Assembly: GCA_937903035.1 (NCBI GenBank)
Contig: CALCZP010000004.1
Location: 181,506 to 245,505, forward strand
Direction of reading: 5' to 3'
DNA length: 64,000 nucleotides
Origin: an uncultured bacterium
GTDB taxonomy: Bacteria; Patescibacteriota; Minisyncoccia; Phycocordibacterales; UBA9973
Position 1 is the first letter of the stretch. The number at the start of each line of letters is the position of its first letter. The notes below the pieces were generated by a model. The model was not told the DNA's origin. It worked only from the letters and a program-made list of their open reading frames with translations, and ran no database searches. Of the stretch, positions 35,449 through 44,759 are shown piece by piece. The translations under genes were made by a program, and so were the position numbers.

Positions 35449-38400
35449 TTAGCTGAGTGTAATAGCTTCTCCACCAATCGCAACACTAGTGGCACCCACG
35501 GTCTTTTTCAGTTCCTCACCAAAACTATCAACGACTGATTGATACTGAAATGGAAGTGTAAGAGTGATGATATCAGATGGTGCAAGACCTTTGTCTTTGC
35601 GCATGTCTTGGACCGTACGTACAAGCTCACGGTACTCACCTTCGAGTTTAAGTTGAAGTGTGATCGTTGTATCAAGCTTTGTTTCTTCACCTGCGATCAC
35701 TGACTTCACATTGAGTTCCTGCATCACAATCGCTGCGTATTGGTCGCTGAGATTCCAGTTTTTGACATACAGTGCCTGGAGTGGCTGACGGACTGCGATA
35801 CCCTCTTTTTTACGAAGTGCATTTCCTTGTGTACAAACCTCGCGCACGGTAGCCATATCTTTCAATAGCTCATCACTCACTGGCATTACTGCTGGCCAAG
35901 TACTCAAGTGCACACTCTCCTCGTTTGATAAGGACTTCAATTTCTGCCAGATATCTTCTGCTGCAAATGGTGCAAATGGTGCCATGAGCTGTGCGACTGT
36001 TTTGAGTACGCGGTAGAGTGTCGCTTTTGCGGCAACATCACCATCCTTGATGCGATCGCGACTCCGACGCACATACCAGGTCGAAAGGTCATCAATAAAG
36101 TCACGAAGTGCTCGTACCGGCTCAAGTAGCTTGTAGGTATCGAGACTTTCAGTCATCAGACTCGTGAGTTGATCGAGCCGAGTTGTAATCCATGCGTCGA
36201 GCACATTATCACCACTTGGATCTACCTCTTCTACGTTTGGATCTCGATAGAGGTCGTAGAATGAGAGCACATTGTAGAGCAATCCGAATACCTGACGTTG
36301 AAGCTCGACGACTGTTTTCTCATCATAGTTCTTGCTATCACCTGGCTGGTTGACTGAGTACATCCAGAGACGGAGTGTATCGACACCGTACTTCTCCATT
36401 TGCTCCCATGGGTTCACGATGTTGCCAATAGACTTACTCATTTTCTTACCTTGTGCATCAAGAAGATGTCCAAGACAAATGACGTTTTTGTATGCCTTGC
36501 CACGCCCAGTGAGCAAGCCAATCGCATGGAGTGTGTAGAACCATCCACGAGTCTGATCGATAGCTTCGGAGATAAAGTCAGCTGGATATGCAATCTCTCC
36601 ATCAAACGGATAATGATCCTGTGCAAACGGCATCGCTCCTGAGTCAAACCACACATCCATCACCTCTTTGGTGCGGCGATATTCCTTGCCATCTTTGACA
36701 AGCACTACATCATCGATGAACGGACGGTGGAGATCAAGCTCAAACTGCGCATTATGTGGAAGTGGTACAAAGTGAAGCGGACGGACTTCGGCATTACTGA
36801 AGTTCACATAGTCGCGCGTTTCTTCAAAGAGACGATCAAAGCTAATCCCTCGCGCTACAAGCTCAAGTGCGCGCGTTGATGCACCATGGGCAACGATCAA
36901 AATATTCTTGCCCTGGTAGCGAGATTCAATATCGTAGAGCGCCTCACCTGCACGCTTGATCACATCGGCATATGATTCACCATCAACAGTCTTGAACCCA
37001 TAGCGATCAGCTGCCTTGTTGCGCATTTCAAAGTATGACTCGATCGGCTTTCCTTCAAATGCACTACCCACATTCCACTCCCCGAGACGAGCATCGGTCA
37101 CGATAGCTTCGGCAGCTAATCCAAGCTTCTCAGCGACAATACGCGCTGTCTCTTGGGTACGAGCAAATGGTGACGCGATGATGAGATCGATCTGTTTGTC
37201 AGCGAGCGCAGTCGCACTTTGAATTGCCTGCTCTTTGCCACGAGTGGTGAGTGGATTTGTGGTTGCAGTATTCACATTCCAGTTCCCTGCAACGTTAAAC
37301 TCTGTCTCGCCATGCCGCATGACAAAGTACTTGTTGTTATTATGCTTGGCATATTTCTTGAGCATATCGATCGAGTCGACAACCATGCGGTCAGTATCTT
37401 CTGAAATCCAAATCGGAAGCGGTGTGCCCCAGTAGCGCTCGCGTGAGATCGCCCAGTCCTTGATACCGTCGAGCCATTCGCCAAAGCGCCCTTCTTTGAT
37501 ATGTGACGGCTCCCAGTTGATGCTTTCATTCTCAGCAACAAGTGTGTCACGAAGTTTCGACATAGCGATATACCATGAGTCACGCGCGTAGTAGATGAGC
37601 GCAGTTTTACAGCGCCAGCAGTGCGGGTATGAGTGTTCGTACTTTTCTTTCTTGAAGAGGAGTCCGCGATGTGCGAGGTCTTTGATGATGTCGACTGCGA
37701 CTTCTTCGTCTTTGACAAATCTTCCTTCAAGAAAATCAGTGCCTGCAATAAACTTTCCTTCGACATTCACCGTGTGGAATTTCGGAAGACCAACCTTGGT
37801 ACCAAGCTCAAAGTCCTCTGCACCATACATTGGTGCAATATGGACGATACCACTACCATCAGTCGTTGTGACAAAGTCAGCAGTATAGACCTTATACGCA
37901 TTGGTAAGTTTTTCTTTTTCTGTACCAGTGATCTGTGCGGCAAGGTATGGATAGAGTGGCTCATACTGCATATCCGCCAAATCTTCTCCAAAATCTCTTC
38001 GCACTTCTTCATAACCATCACCAACCAAATCTTTTTTATCTTCAGCAACAATTAAAATTTCATTCTCTTTTTTGAGCCAAAGATATGTAATATTAGCACC
38101 TACCGCCAGTGCAACATTCCCTGGCAATGTCCATGGTGTTGTTGTCCAAGCAACAATATAAACATTCTCAAAATCCTTAACTTTTGCCTTAAACTTTGCG
38201 TATACTGTCAGATCTTTATCATCCTGATATCCTTGCGCAAGCTCATGGGTCGCAAGTGTTGTTCCGCATCGCGCACACCATGGTGAGACTCGATAGTCCT
38301 TGTAGAGGAGACCCTGATCGTTGACCTTACCGACAATATTCCAGAGACTCTCCATATAGCGAGGATTGAACGTGTAGTACGCCTTGTCCTTGTCGACCCA

Positions 38401-38823
38401 GTAGCCAATACGATCGGTGAAATCTTCCCAGTCTTTAATATAGGTAAAGACGCTGTCCTTACATTCTTTGTTAAATTTTTCGATACCGTAGGCTTCGATG
38501 TCTTTTTTTGAAGCAAGTTCCAATTTCTTTTCGATCTGAAGCTCGACCGGAAGTCCGTGAGTATCCCATCCGGCACGGCGCGGTACATGGAAGCCCTGCA
38601 TGGTCTTGTAGCGAGGGATCACGTCCTTGAATGCACGTGCGAGCAAGTGATGAAGCGCTGGCTTTGCATTTGCTGTTGGCGGTCCTTCAAAAAAGACAAA
38701 CTCACCCTTGGTCGCAGGCTTCTCAAGTGTTTTTTTGAATATGTCATTATCGCGCCAAAAATCGAGCATTCGCTCTTCACGAAGTGCCGACTCGCTTTTC
38801 TGTTGGTTTGTTGATTCATTCAT
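35449..38823 (-). CDS. ileS: Isoleucyl-tRNA synthetase carrying an in-frame histidine-phosphatase (PGAM-like) domain insertion
   Basis: 1124 aa. IleS catalytic core, CP1 editing domain (AWTTTPWTLPGN), KMSKS (KMSKSIGN) and anticodon-binding region are all present. Between ISRERYWGTPLP and DVWFDSG there is an extra ~200 aa with RHGETEFN...LIVAHGASTRAL, the two catalytic-His motifs of the histidine phosphatase superfamily. The HIGH-position reads ALHH. Confidence 0.85.
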   Translation of the reverse strand: MNESTNQQKSESALREERMLDFWRDNDIFKKTLEKPATKGEFVFFEGPPTANAKPALHHLLARAFKDVIPRYKTMQGFHVPRRAGWDTHGLPVELQIEKKLELASKKDIEAYGIEKFNKECKDSVFTYIKDWEDFTDRIGYWVDKDKAYYTFNPRYMESLWNIVGKVNDQGLLYKDYRVSPWCARCGTTLATHELAQGYQDDKDLTVYAKFKAKVKDFENVYIVAWTTTPWTLPGNVALAVGANITYLWLKKENEILIVAEDKKDLVGDGYEEVRRDFGEDLADMQYEPLYPYLAAQITGTEKEKLTNAYKVYTADFVTTTDGSGIVHIAPMYGAEDFELGTKVGLPKFHTVNVEGKFIAGTDFLEGRFVKDEEVAVDIIKDLAHRGLLFKKEKYEHSYPHCWRCKTALIYYARDSWYIAMSKLRDTLVAENESINWEPSHIKEGRFGEWLDGIKDWAISRERYWGTPLPIWISEDTDRMVVDSIDMLKKYAKHNNNKYFVMRHGETEFNVAGNWNVNTATTNPLTTRGKEQAIQSATALADKQIDLIIASPFARTQETARIVAEKLGLAAEAIVTDARLGEWNVGSAFEGKPIESYFEMRNKAADRYGFKTVDGESYADVIKRAGEALYDIESRYQGKNILIVAHGASTRALELVARGISFDRLFEETRDYVNFSNAEVRPLHFVPLPHNAQFELDLHRPFIDDVVLVKDGKEYRRTKEVMDVWFDSGAMPFAQDHYPFDGEIAYPADFISEAIDQTRGWFYTLHAIGLLTGRGKAYKNVICLGHLLDAQGKKMSKSIGNIVNPWEQMEKYGVDTLRLWMYSVNQPGDSKNYDEKTVVELQRQVFGLLYNVLSFYDLYRDPNVEEVDPSGDNVLDAWITTRLDQLTSLMTESLDTYKLLEPVRALRDFIDDLSTWYVRRSRDRIKDGDVAAKATLYRVLKTVAQLMAPFAPFAAEDIWQKLKSLSNEESVHLSTWPAVMPVSDELLKDMATVREVCTQGNALRKKEGIAVRQPLQALYVKNWNLSDQYAAIVMQELNVKSVIAGEETKLDTTITLQLKLEGEYRELVRTVQDMRKDKGLAPSDIITLTLPFQYQSVVDSFGEELKKTVGATSVAIGGEAITLS

Positions 38824-38829
38824 AGGTAT

Positions 38830-39052
38830 AAAAAATAAAAAGACACTCGCTCATGCACGACAACATTGTCATGCAAGGACGAGTGTCTTTTTCACTGCGT
38901 GGTACCACCTTGCTTTTCGCCGCACCGAAGTCCAAATGGACGAAGGTGGGCACTCATTACCGCTATAACGGGCATACCCGTTGGGATTTACTCTCTGTTC
39001 AGATTTCTCCCCAAAGCTCAGGAGTGATAGCTCCATCAACGCTTATAAAAAC
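38830..39052 (-). promoter_or_regulatory. T-box riboswitch leader (Ile specifier AUC) with intrinsic terminator, upstream of ileS
   Basis: On the minus strand there is a stem I with an AGAGAG GA-motif and a loop GAAAUCUGAAC containing AUC. The conserved T-box sequence AGGUGGUACCACG is present. A terminator follows: AGACACUCG...CGAGUGUCU then UUUUUAUUUUUU, ending 10 nt before the ileS ATG. Confidence 0.7.
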
Positions 39053-39055
39053 ACT

Positions 39056-41596
39056 TTAGCATAAAGCCTGTGCTGGTTCCAGTACATTGTTCTTTTTGGA
39101 ACGATAAAAAAAGTGCTTCACAATTTCAACTACGAGGAAGTAGCACAGCGTAATACCCACAAGTGAAAGTACGATTGTGAGCGGGATTGGTATGAAGCCA
39201 AATGTTGTACCGAGGAATGAGAGTGCGACACCCCACGCAACAGTAGTCGCAATAAGTGCTGAGAGTATCACCGCGAGATGTGGCTTGCGTGCCTTCCAGA
39301 TACTACGAGCAGATCGGATCAAAAAGATTACAAAAACTTGCGAGAGGAATGACTGGATAAACCATCCTGTTTGAAATCCAGAAGCCGAAAGATGAAATAC
39401 AGCAAACAGTACATAGAACGTTACGAAATCAAACACTGAACTAATGAGACCAAAAACAATCATGAAGCGTTTGATATGACCGATATTCCATGGCGTTGGA
39501 CGATCAAGAACTTCAGGATCGACATTGTCTGCCATAAGTCCCAGCTGTGATGTTTCGTAGAGTAAGTTATTCAACAGTATCTGTGCAGGCAACATCGGGA
39601 GAAATGGAAGCACGAGAGATGCAACCGTCATTGATATCATGTTGCCAAAGTTTGAGCTGATCGCCATTGAGATGTACTTCATCGTATTTGCAAATGTGCG
39701 ACGACCCTCTGCCACACCACTCACGAGCTGATCGAGGTCTTTTGTGAGAAGTACAATATCAGCACTTTCTTTTGCAACATCAGTCGCATTCTCTACTGAA
39801 ATACCGACATCGGCAGTCTTGAGTGCGGGTGCATCATTAATACCATCCCCCATATATCCGACGACATGTCCTCTGGACTGCAATGCTTTGATAATGCGAT
39901 TTTTCTGCACTGGCGTAACACGCGCAAATATCGTCGTCTCTTCTGCACGAACTGCGAGTTCAGTATCAGTGAGTGCGTCGACTTCAGCTGCATCCAATGT
40001 ACCGAGTGAGACAATACCGACATCACGGACGATTTTCTCAGCCACAAGCTTATGATCCCCTGTCACAATCTTGATTGCGATCGATTTGTGACACAGCTCA
40101 TCGAGCACTGCCTTGACCGATGGCTTTGGTGGATCAATAAATGCAATGAATCCTGAGAACATGAGACCTACCTCATCGTGCGTACTGTAGCTCTGCTGTG
40201 GTGTCTGAAAGATACGACGTGCTACCCCAATCACTCGATAACCTTCGGACGAGAGTGACTCAAAGAGTGCGAGTGCTTTGGCACGCTGCTCAGGTGCGAG
40301 TGTGCTTGCATCCATTACTCCCTCAGGTGCACCTTTGGTGATAAGCATATCAGTGCCATTGGGCAAACTTACAATCAGACTGTCACGACGTCGCTCAAAG
40401 TCAAATGGTATTTCATCACGCTTTTTATAGTGTGTAATCGGAAATGCTTGAAACTGCACGATCGCCTCATCAAGTGGCGTGCGCACTCCACCGCGCATAC
40501 TTGACGTTAGGTAGGCAGACTCAATCACTTCTTCGGATCGATGTGCATCAATGTTCACATACTTCACAACACTGATCTTGTCTTCGGTGAGCGTCCCTGT
40601 TTTGTCAGTACACAAAATATCCATTGAACCAAAGTTCTCGATTGCAGAGAGCTTTTTCACAATCACTCCTTTCTTCGACATACGAATCGATGCCCATGAA
40701 AGATTGACCGCAATAATCATTGGCAACAGCTCTGGGGTAATACCCACTGCAAGCGCAAGCGAAAACGTGAGCGACGACACGATGTCATGTTTAAAGACGA
40801 CATTTACAATAAAGATACAGATGGTGAGTACGAGTACAATGCGAGTGATGAGCAAACTGAATGATTTGATACCGGCCTCAAACTCACTTGCTGTTTCTTT
40901 GACCGAAAGGAGTGACACAATATCAGCAAATTTTGTATGACGACCGGTTGCAGTCACTTGGAGCAGTCCGTCTCCACTCACGACCCCACTTCCCATGTAC
41001 ACTGTCATTTCAGTTGGCTTTTCAACAGGGAGTGACTCACCGGTAAGAGATGACTCGTTTACAAAGAGCTGACATGATCTCACCATTATCCCATCTGCCG
41101 GGACAACATTCCCTGCTGCAAGCATAACAATATCCCCAAGTACCACATCCTGACTTTCAATCAGTACCTCTCTACCATCACGAATAACACGGACTTTTGG
41201 TGATACTCGTTTTGCTAATGTCTCTGCTGCTTTTTGTGATTTGTACGAAACAGCAAAATCAAGCACCGCACTGATGATGACGATTGTAATAATCAACACA
41301 CCACTGATAGTTGCCCCCGTCACAAGCGCAATACCTGCTGCGACCAGGAGTATGATCATGAGCGGACTTTTGAACTCTTGGAGAAATGTCGCAAATGCAG
41401 ACTGCTGCTCACGTGCAACCAGGGTGTTTTTGCCGTAGCGAACCTGAAGCCCCTCTACTTGAGATTGACTGATACCGGTGAACCCTGCGCCAGTCACCTC
41501 CATATTAGATATGAGGATTAGCCTCCTTGAGCGCTTGCTTATTTGCCTCAACCATCGCAATAAGCTTTTGTACGAGACGTTTTGGATCTTCATCAA
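39056..41596 (-). CDS. mgtA: Mg2+-importing P-type ATPase (MgtA-like)
   Basis: 846 aa with DKTGTLT, TGDH and GDGINDAPAL motifs and strong overall similarity to MgtA. An alternative ATG at 41503 would remove the overlap with the upstream gene. Confidence 0.85.
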   Translation of the reverse strand: MMKIQNVSYKSLLRWLRQISKRSRRLILISNMEVTGAGFTGISQSQVEGLQVRYGKNTLVAREQQSAFATFLQEFKSPLMIILLVAAGIALVTGATISGVLIITIVIISAVLDFAVSYKSQKAAETLAKRVSPKVRVIRDGREVLIESQDVVLGDIVMLAAGNVVPADGIMVRSCQLFVNESSLTGESLPVEKPTEMTVYMGSGVVSGDGLLQVTATGRHTKFADIVSLLSVKETASEFEAGIKSFSLLITRIVLVLTICIFIVNVVFKHDIVSSLTFSLALAVGITPELLPMIIAVNLSWASIRMSKKGVIVKKLSAIENFGSMDILCTDKTGTLTEDKISVVKYVNIDAHRSEEVIESAYLTSSMRGGVRTPLDEAIVQFQAFPITHYKKRDEIPFDFERRRDSLIVSLPNGTDMLITKGAPEGVMDASTLAPEQRAKALALFESLSSEGYRVIGVARRIFQTPQQSYSTHDEVGLMFSGFIAFIDPPKPSVKAVLDELCHKSIAIKIVTGDHKLVAEKIVRDVGIVSLGTLDAAEVDALTDTELAVRAEETTIFARVTPVQKNRIIKALQSRGHVVGYMGDGINDAPALKTADVGISVENATDVAKESADIVLLTKDLDQLVSGVAEGRRTFANTMKYISMAISSNFGNMISMTVASLVLPFLPMLPAQILLNNLLYETSQLGLMADNVDPEVLDRPTPWNIGHIKRFMIVFGLISSVFDFVTFYVLFAVFHLSASGFQTGWFIQSFLSQVFVIFLIRSARSIWKARKPHLAVILSALIATTVAWGVALSFLGTTFGFIPIPLTIVLSLVGITLCYFLVVEIVKHFFYRSKKNNVLEPAQALC

Positions 41597-42152
41597 AAAT
41601 CACATGTGGTGCAGGACGATTACCATTTTTGATCAGTGTACGAAAGTCATTTGCGGTCGCCCATGGCCCATCCAGAATACCAATTGGCTTGGTATCTTCA
41701 AATGCAATTGTAAACTCATGGATTGTCCCAATACGTCCACATCCAATCAAGAGTGCGTCACATGAACGAGTAAACAAAAGGTCGCGCCCCGGAAAACCAA
41801 AGCCGGTATAGATGATGAGATCCATGTAGTCGATCGGTAATCTCCAGTTCTCAACGTGATCCTTTTCATCAGTTGCTGGCGAAAGTCCGATAGAGACACC
41901 ACGCTCTTCTTTTGCACCCATCGCTGACCAGAGTGGAAAGCCTGTTGTCGCACCGGTGATGATGATACCTCCTTGACGTACGATCTCACGACCGAGCTCC
42001 TGCGCTTTCTCAAGTGCATGAAGTCCGCAGTGACTGGTCTCTGCTGCACCACTCACACCAATTTTGATTTTCAGATGCGCATGCTTCTCATTATTATCGA
42101 GCGGCCCGTTGTAACAGACATATTTATCAGTTGGTTGTACTGGTTCGTTCAT
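41505..42152 (-). CDS. LOG/TIGR00725-family Rossmann-fold nucleotide-binding protein
   Basis: 215 aa: GVSGAAETSHCG...GGIIITGATTGFP...GFGFPGRDLL, a LOG-family glycine-rich pattern. Confidence 0.55.
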   Translation of the reverse strand: MNEPVQPTDKYVCYNGPLDNNEKHAHLKIKIGVSGAAETSHCGLHALEKAQELGREIVRQGGIIITGATTGFPLWSAMGAKEERGVSIGLSPATDEKDHVENWRLPIDYMDLIIYTGFGFPGRDLLFTRSCDALLIGCGRIGTIHEFTIAFEDTKPIGILDGPWATANDFRTLIKNGNRPAPHVIFDEDPKRLVQKLIAMVEANKQALKEANPHI

Positions 42153-42183
42153 AAATAAGAACTATAAAAAATTATCGAGACTA

Positions 42184-43551
42184 TTAACACTCCAATTCTA
42201 CCACATCGCCTTTCTCAGGAGCGACAGCACTGACACCTAGATAGTCACGCAGACGTTGCGTGAGATAGAGCGATGACTTTGGCTCGCCCATCACGACAAA
42301 TGCTTTCTTGAGATTGTCCGCAATATCACCCACAAATTCAATCAAATGATCGGAGTCTTTGTGACCTGAATATCCATCAATAAACACGATGCGTGCTCGC
42401 ACTGGCACCGTCTGGCCATTAATACGGACTTCTTTCATACCATCTTGGATCAAGCGGCCAAGTGTGCCTTGCGACTGATAGCCGGTGAGGAGCAGAATAT
42501 TGTTAGGGTCAGGGAGATAGTGCGCTTCATGATGCAAAATACGCCCACCGTTGCTCATACCACTTCCTGCAATCACAATCTTTGGATTTGGTGCACGAAC
42601 GATCTGTTTAGACTCTTCAGTGAGAAGGGTTGACTTGAGCCCTGGAAAACTAAAAATATCATCCCCTTCTTTGATTTGTGACTGTGCAAAGTCATTAAAG
42701 TATTTTGAGTACTTGTGATAAACGGACGTGAGTTTGATCGCAAGGGGTGAGTCAAGAAAGATCGGCATCTGAGGTACACGATCATGTTCTACCAACTGAT
42801 CAATCTCAAACAATAGCTCCTGTGCACGCTCGAGTGAAAATGTTGGAATAATGAGCGCCCCCTTTCGTTTGAAGTTATCCTCAATCGTTGCTTCGAGTCG
42901 TGCACGACGTTCTTCACGCGCAATGTGATTGCGATCACCATAGACACTTTCCATAATGAGGTAGTCGACGTTCGCGAGCTTCTCCGTATCACGTAACAAT
43001 GGCGATGGACTGTTGCCAAGATCTCCGGTAAACACAATTTTTTTGTTGTTGTAGATCACCTCAAGCATACCAGATCCAAGGATATGCCCTGAGTCTCGAT
43101 AGCGGAATACAAAATCCCCGATTCTGAAGTCCTGATGATAGTCAACGACTTTCCAATTTGAAAACACTTTTTTGAGGACACTGGGTGCATAGATCTTGGA
43201 CAGGAGCTCATTCTCCGACTTTGACATGATATTCGCAGTGTCATCAAGCATGAGCTCGGTGATATCCTTGGTTGGTATGGTTGAATAAATCTCGCCTTCA
43301 AATCCTTCGTACACGAGCTTTGGAATGAGCCCGATATGATCGATGTGTGCATGGGTGATAAAGAGTGCATCGATCGACTTCACATCATACGGAAACGGCT
43401 GCCAGTTGTTCTCATCAGCCATTTTAGTCCCCTGCTCCATACCGCAGTCCACCAAAAAATGTTTATCATCTCCTTCAAATAAAAAGTTGGCACCGGTTAC
43501 ACTTCCAGTACCGCCAACGAACGTGAGTTTGAGTTTTTTTGATTGCATCAC
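42184..43551 (-). CDS. MBL-fold metallo-hydrolase of the beta-CASP RNA-processing nuclease family
   Basis: 455 aa with FITHAHIDHIG (HxHxDH) and downstream beta-CASP Asp/His motifs. Confidence 0.75.
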   Translation of the reverse strand: MMQSKKLKLTFVGGTGSVTGANFLFEGDDKHFLVDCGMEQGTKMADENNWQPFPYDVKSIDALFITHAHIDHIGLIPKLVYEGFEGEIYSTIPTKDITELMLDDTANIMSKSENELLSKIYAPSVLKKVFSNWKVVDYHQDFRIGDFVFRYRDSGHILGSGMLEVIYNNKKIVFTGDLGNSPSPLLRDTEKLANVDYLIMESVYGDRNHIAREERRARLEATIEDNFKRKGALIIPTFSLERAQELLFEIDQLVEHDRVPQMPIFLDSPLAIKLTSVYHKYSKYFNDFAQSQIKEGDDIFSFPGLKSTLLTEESKQIVRAPNPKIVIAGSGMSNGGRILHHEAHYLPDPNNILLLTGYQSQGTLGRLIQDGMKEVRINGQTVPVRARIVFIDGYSGHKDSDHLIEFVGDIADNLKKAFVVMGEPKSSLYLTQRLRDYLGVSAVAPEKGDVVELEC

Positions 43552-43946
43552 TTTACAGTGTAGCGCTTCTTGGCACGAAGTACAAAAATACTGCCGAGTA
43601 TACCACCCACCATATCGCAGATGAGATCAGATATCGAGTCATCAATGTCTGCAAATGGCACCGGCTTGGTCAGCCACTGCACGATATACTCATACCATTC
43701 CCACAATAGTCCAATAACAAACACTGCGAGCAGTACAATAACGATCGTATTCCACCAGCCGAGGCTTTTGATCTCTCGGTGTGCCAACCCTCCTATGAAA
43801 AGCGCCAGAAATATTCCACCAGCCGCATGCATGATCATATCGAAATACCATATCGATGAGTACCAATAAAACTGGTATGCCAAAAGATTCACAACAAAGA
43901 TTACTGCTACCAGCATGAGCGCTTTTTTGAGAAGTGATCGACGCAT
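43548..43946 (-). CDS. VanZ-like small membrane protein
   Basis: 132 aa with 4 TM. EWYEYIVQWLTKPVPFADIDDSISDLICDMVGGILG resembles the VanZ family E..Q...R...D..D..N..G..G motif. It overlaps the previous gene by 4 bp. Confidence 0.45.
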   Translation of the reverse strand: MRRSLLKKALMLVAVIFVVNLLAYQFYWYSSIWYFDMIMHAAGGIFLALFIGGLAHREIKSLGWWNTIVIVLLAVFVIGLLWEWYEYIVQWLTKPVPFADIDDSISDLICDMVGGILGSIFVLRAKKRYTVK

Positions 43947-43978
43947 ATATCTGCATTATCGCAGATAATTCCAAATAG

Positions 43979-44152
43979 AACATACCCCTCTCGTGGAGGG
44001 GTATGTTCTTACGGCTATTTAGATCATAGTGCCTTAGCGTTAAAGCTAAGTGGGGCACGCGGTACTAGGAGATATCTCATAAAAAATTCGATATCGCATA
44101 GTACACAACGGTTCCCCGTACAAATCTTGTTCTAGGCACTATGAACAAATAG
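43979..44152. repeat. Compound structured element: perfect 13-bp hairpin plus a ~21-bp imperfect inverted repeat enclosing a 95-nt core
   Basis: GAACATACCCCTC-TCGTG-GAGGGGTATGTTC (43979-44009), then TTACGGCTATTTAGATCATAGTGCC ... GGCACTATGAACAAATAGCCGTA (44011-44152). The core contains a CTTAGC-GTTAAA-GCTAAG hairpin. Confidence 0.5.
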
Positions 44153-44234
44153 CCGTACTTGCAGTATAGTCCCCTGTTGTATCTTTTCAAGATAGACAGC
44201 GAGAAAAAATACTGTCGAACGAGTGTGCTCTCTG

Positions 44235-44720
44235 TTATACCATCAAATCATCAGAGAAAATGAAGTGGGTGTCAACCTTATCATAGTCCACAATTTCATC
44301 TTCTTTGAAAAATCGCTTGATCTCAGCCACACCATTTTCTACTGAGTCTGATGCATGCACGATATTTGACTGCATTGAGAGTGCATAATCACCACGAATA
44401 GTACCCGCAGCGGCTTCAAAGCTCTTGGTCGGACCAACAATGATACGAATACTATCGATCGCTTTGAGACCTGCGACCGCCATCACCACCACCGGTGCTG
44501 ACATCATAAACTTTTGGATGCGAGGAAAGAATGGTTTGTCAGCAATATGTGCATAATGCTCCTTGAGCACAGCTTCTTCAAGCTGCATCATCTTCATTCC
44601 AACAACCTTGAGACCCTTGCGTTCAAAACGAGTAATGATTTCCCCTACCAATGAACGTTGGATTGCGTCAGGCTTAATAATGATCAGTGACCGCTCTTCA
44701 GTTTCGTGAATTTTTTTCAT
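44235..44720 (-). CDS. ndk: Nucleoside diphosphate kinase
   Basis: 161 aa: RSLIIIKPDAIQRSLVGEIITRFERKG...NIVHASDS (active-site His). Confidence 0.9.
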   Translation of the reverse strand: MKKIHETEERSLIIIKPDAIQRSLVGEIITRFERKGLKVVGMKMMQLEEAVLKEHYAHIADKPFFPRIQKFMMSAPVVVMAVAGLKAIDSIRIIVGPTKSFEAAAGTIRGDYALSMQSNIVHASDSVENGVAEIKRFFKEDEIVDYDKVDTHFIFSDDLMV

Positions 44721-44759
44721 ATGGAGATGACTATACCGCGCCAGGAAATGAAGCGCAAA

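Noticed and set aside
37272-37766. 164-aa minus-strand ORF and several plus-strand ORFs inside ileS (including within the phosphatase insertion)
   Set aside because: They are alternate-frame ORFs overlapping the continuous ileS frame. The phosphatase-like motifs lie in the main ileS frame, not in these ORFs.
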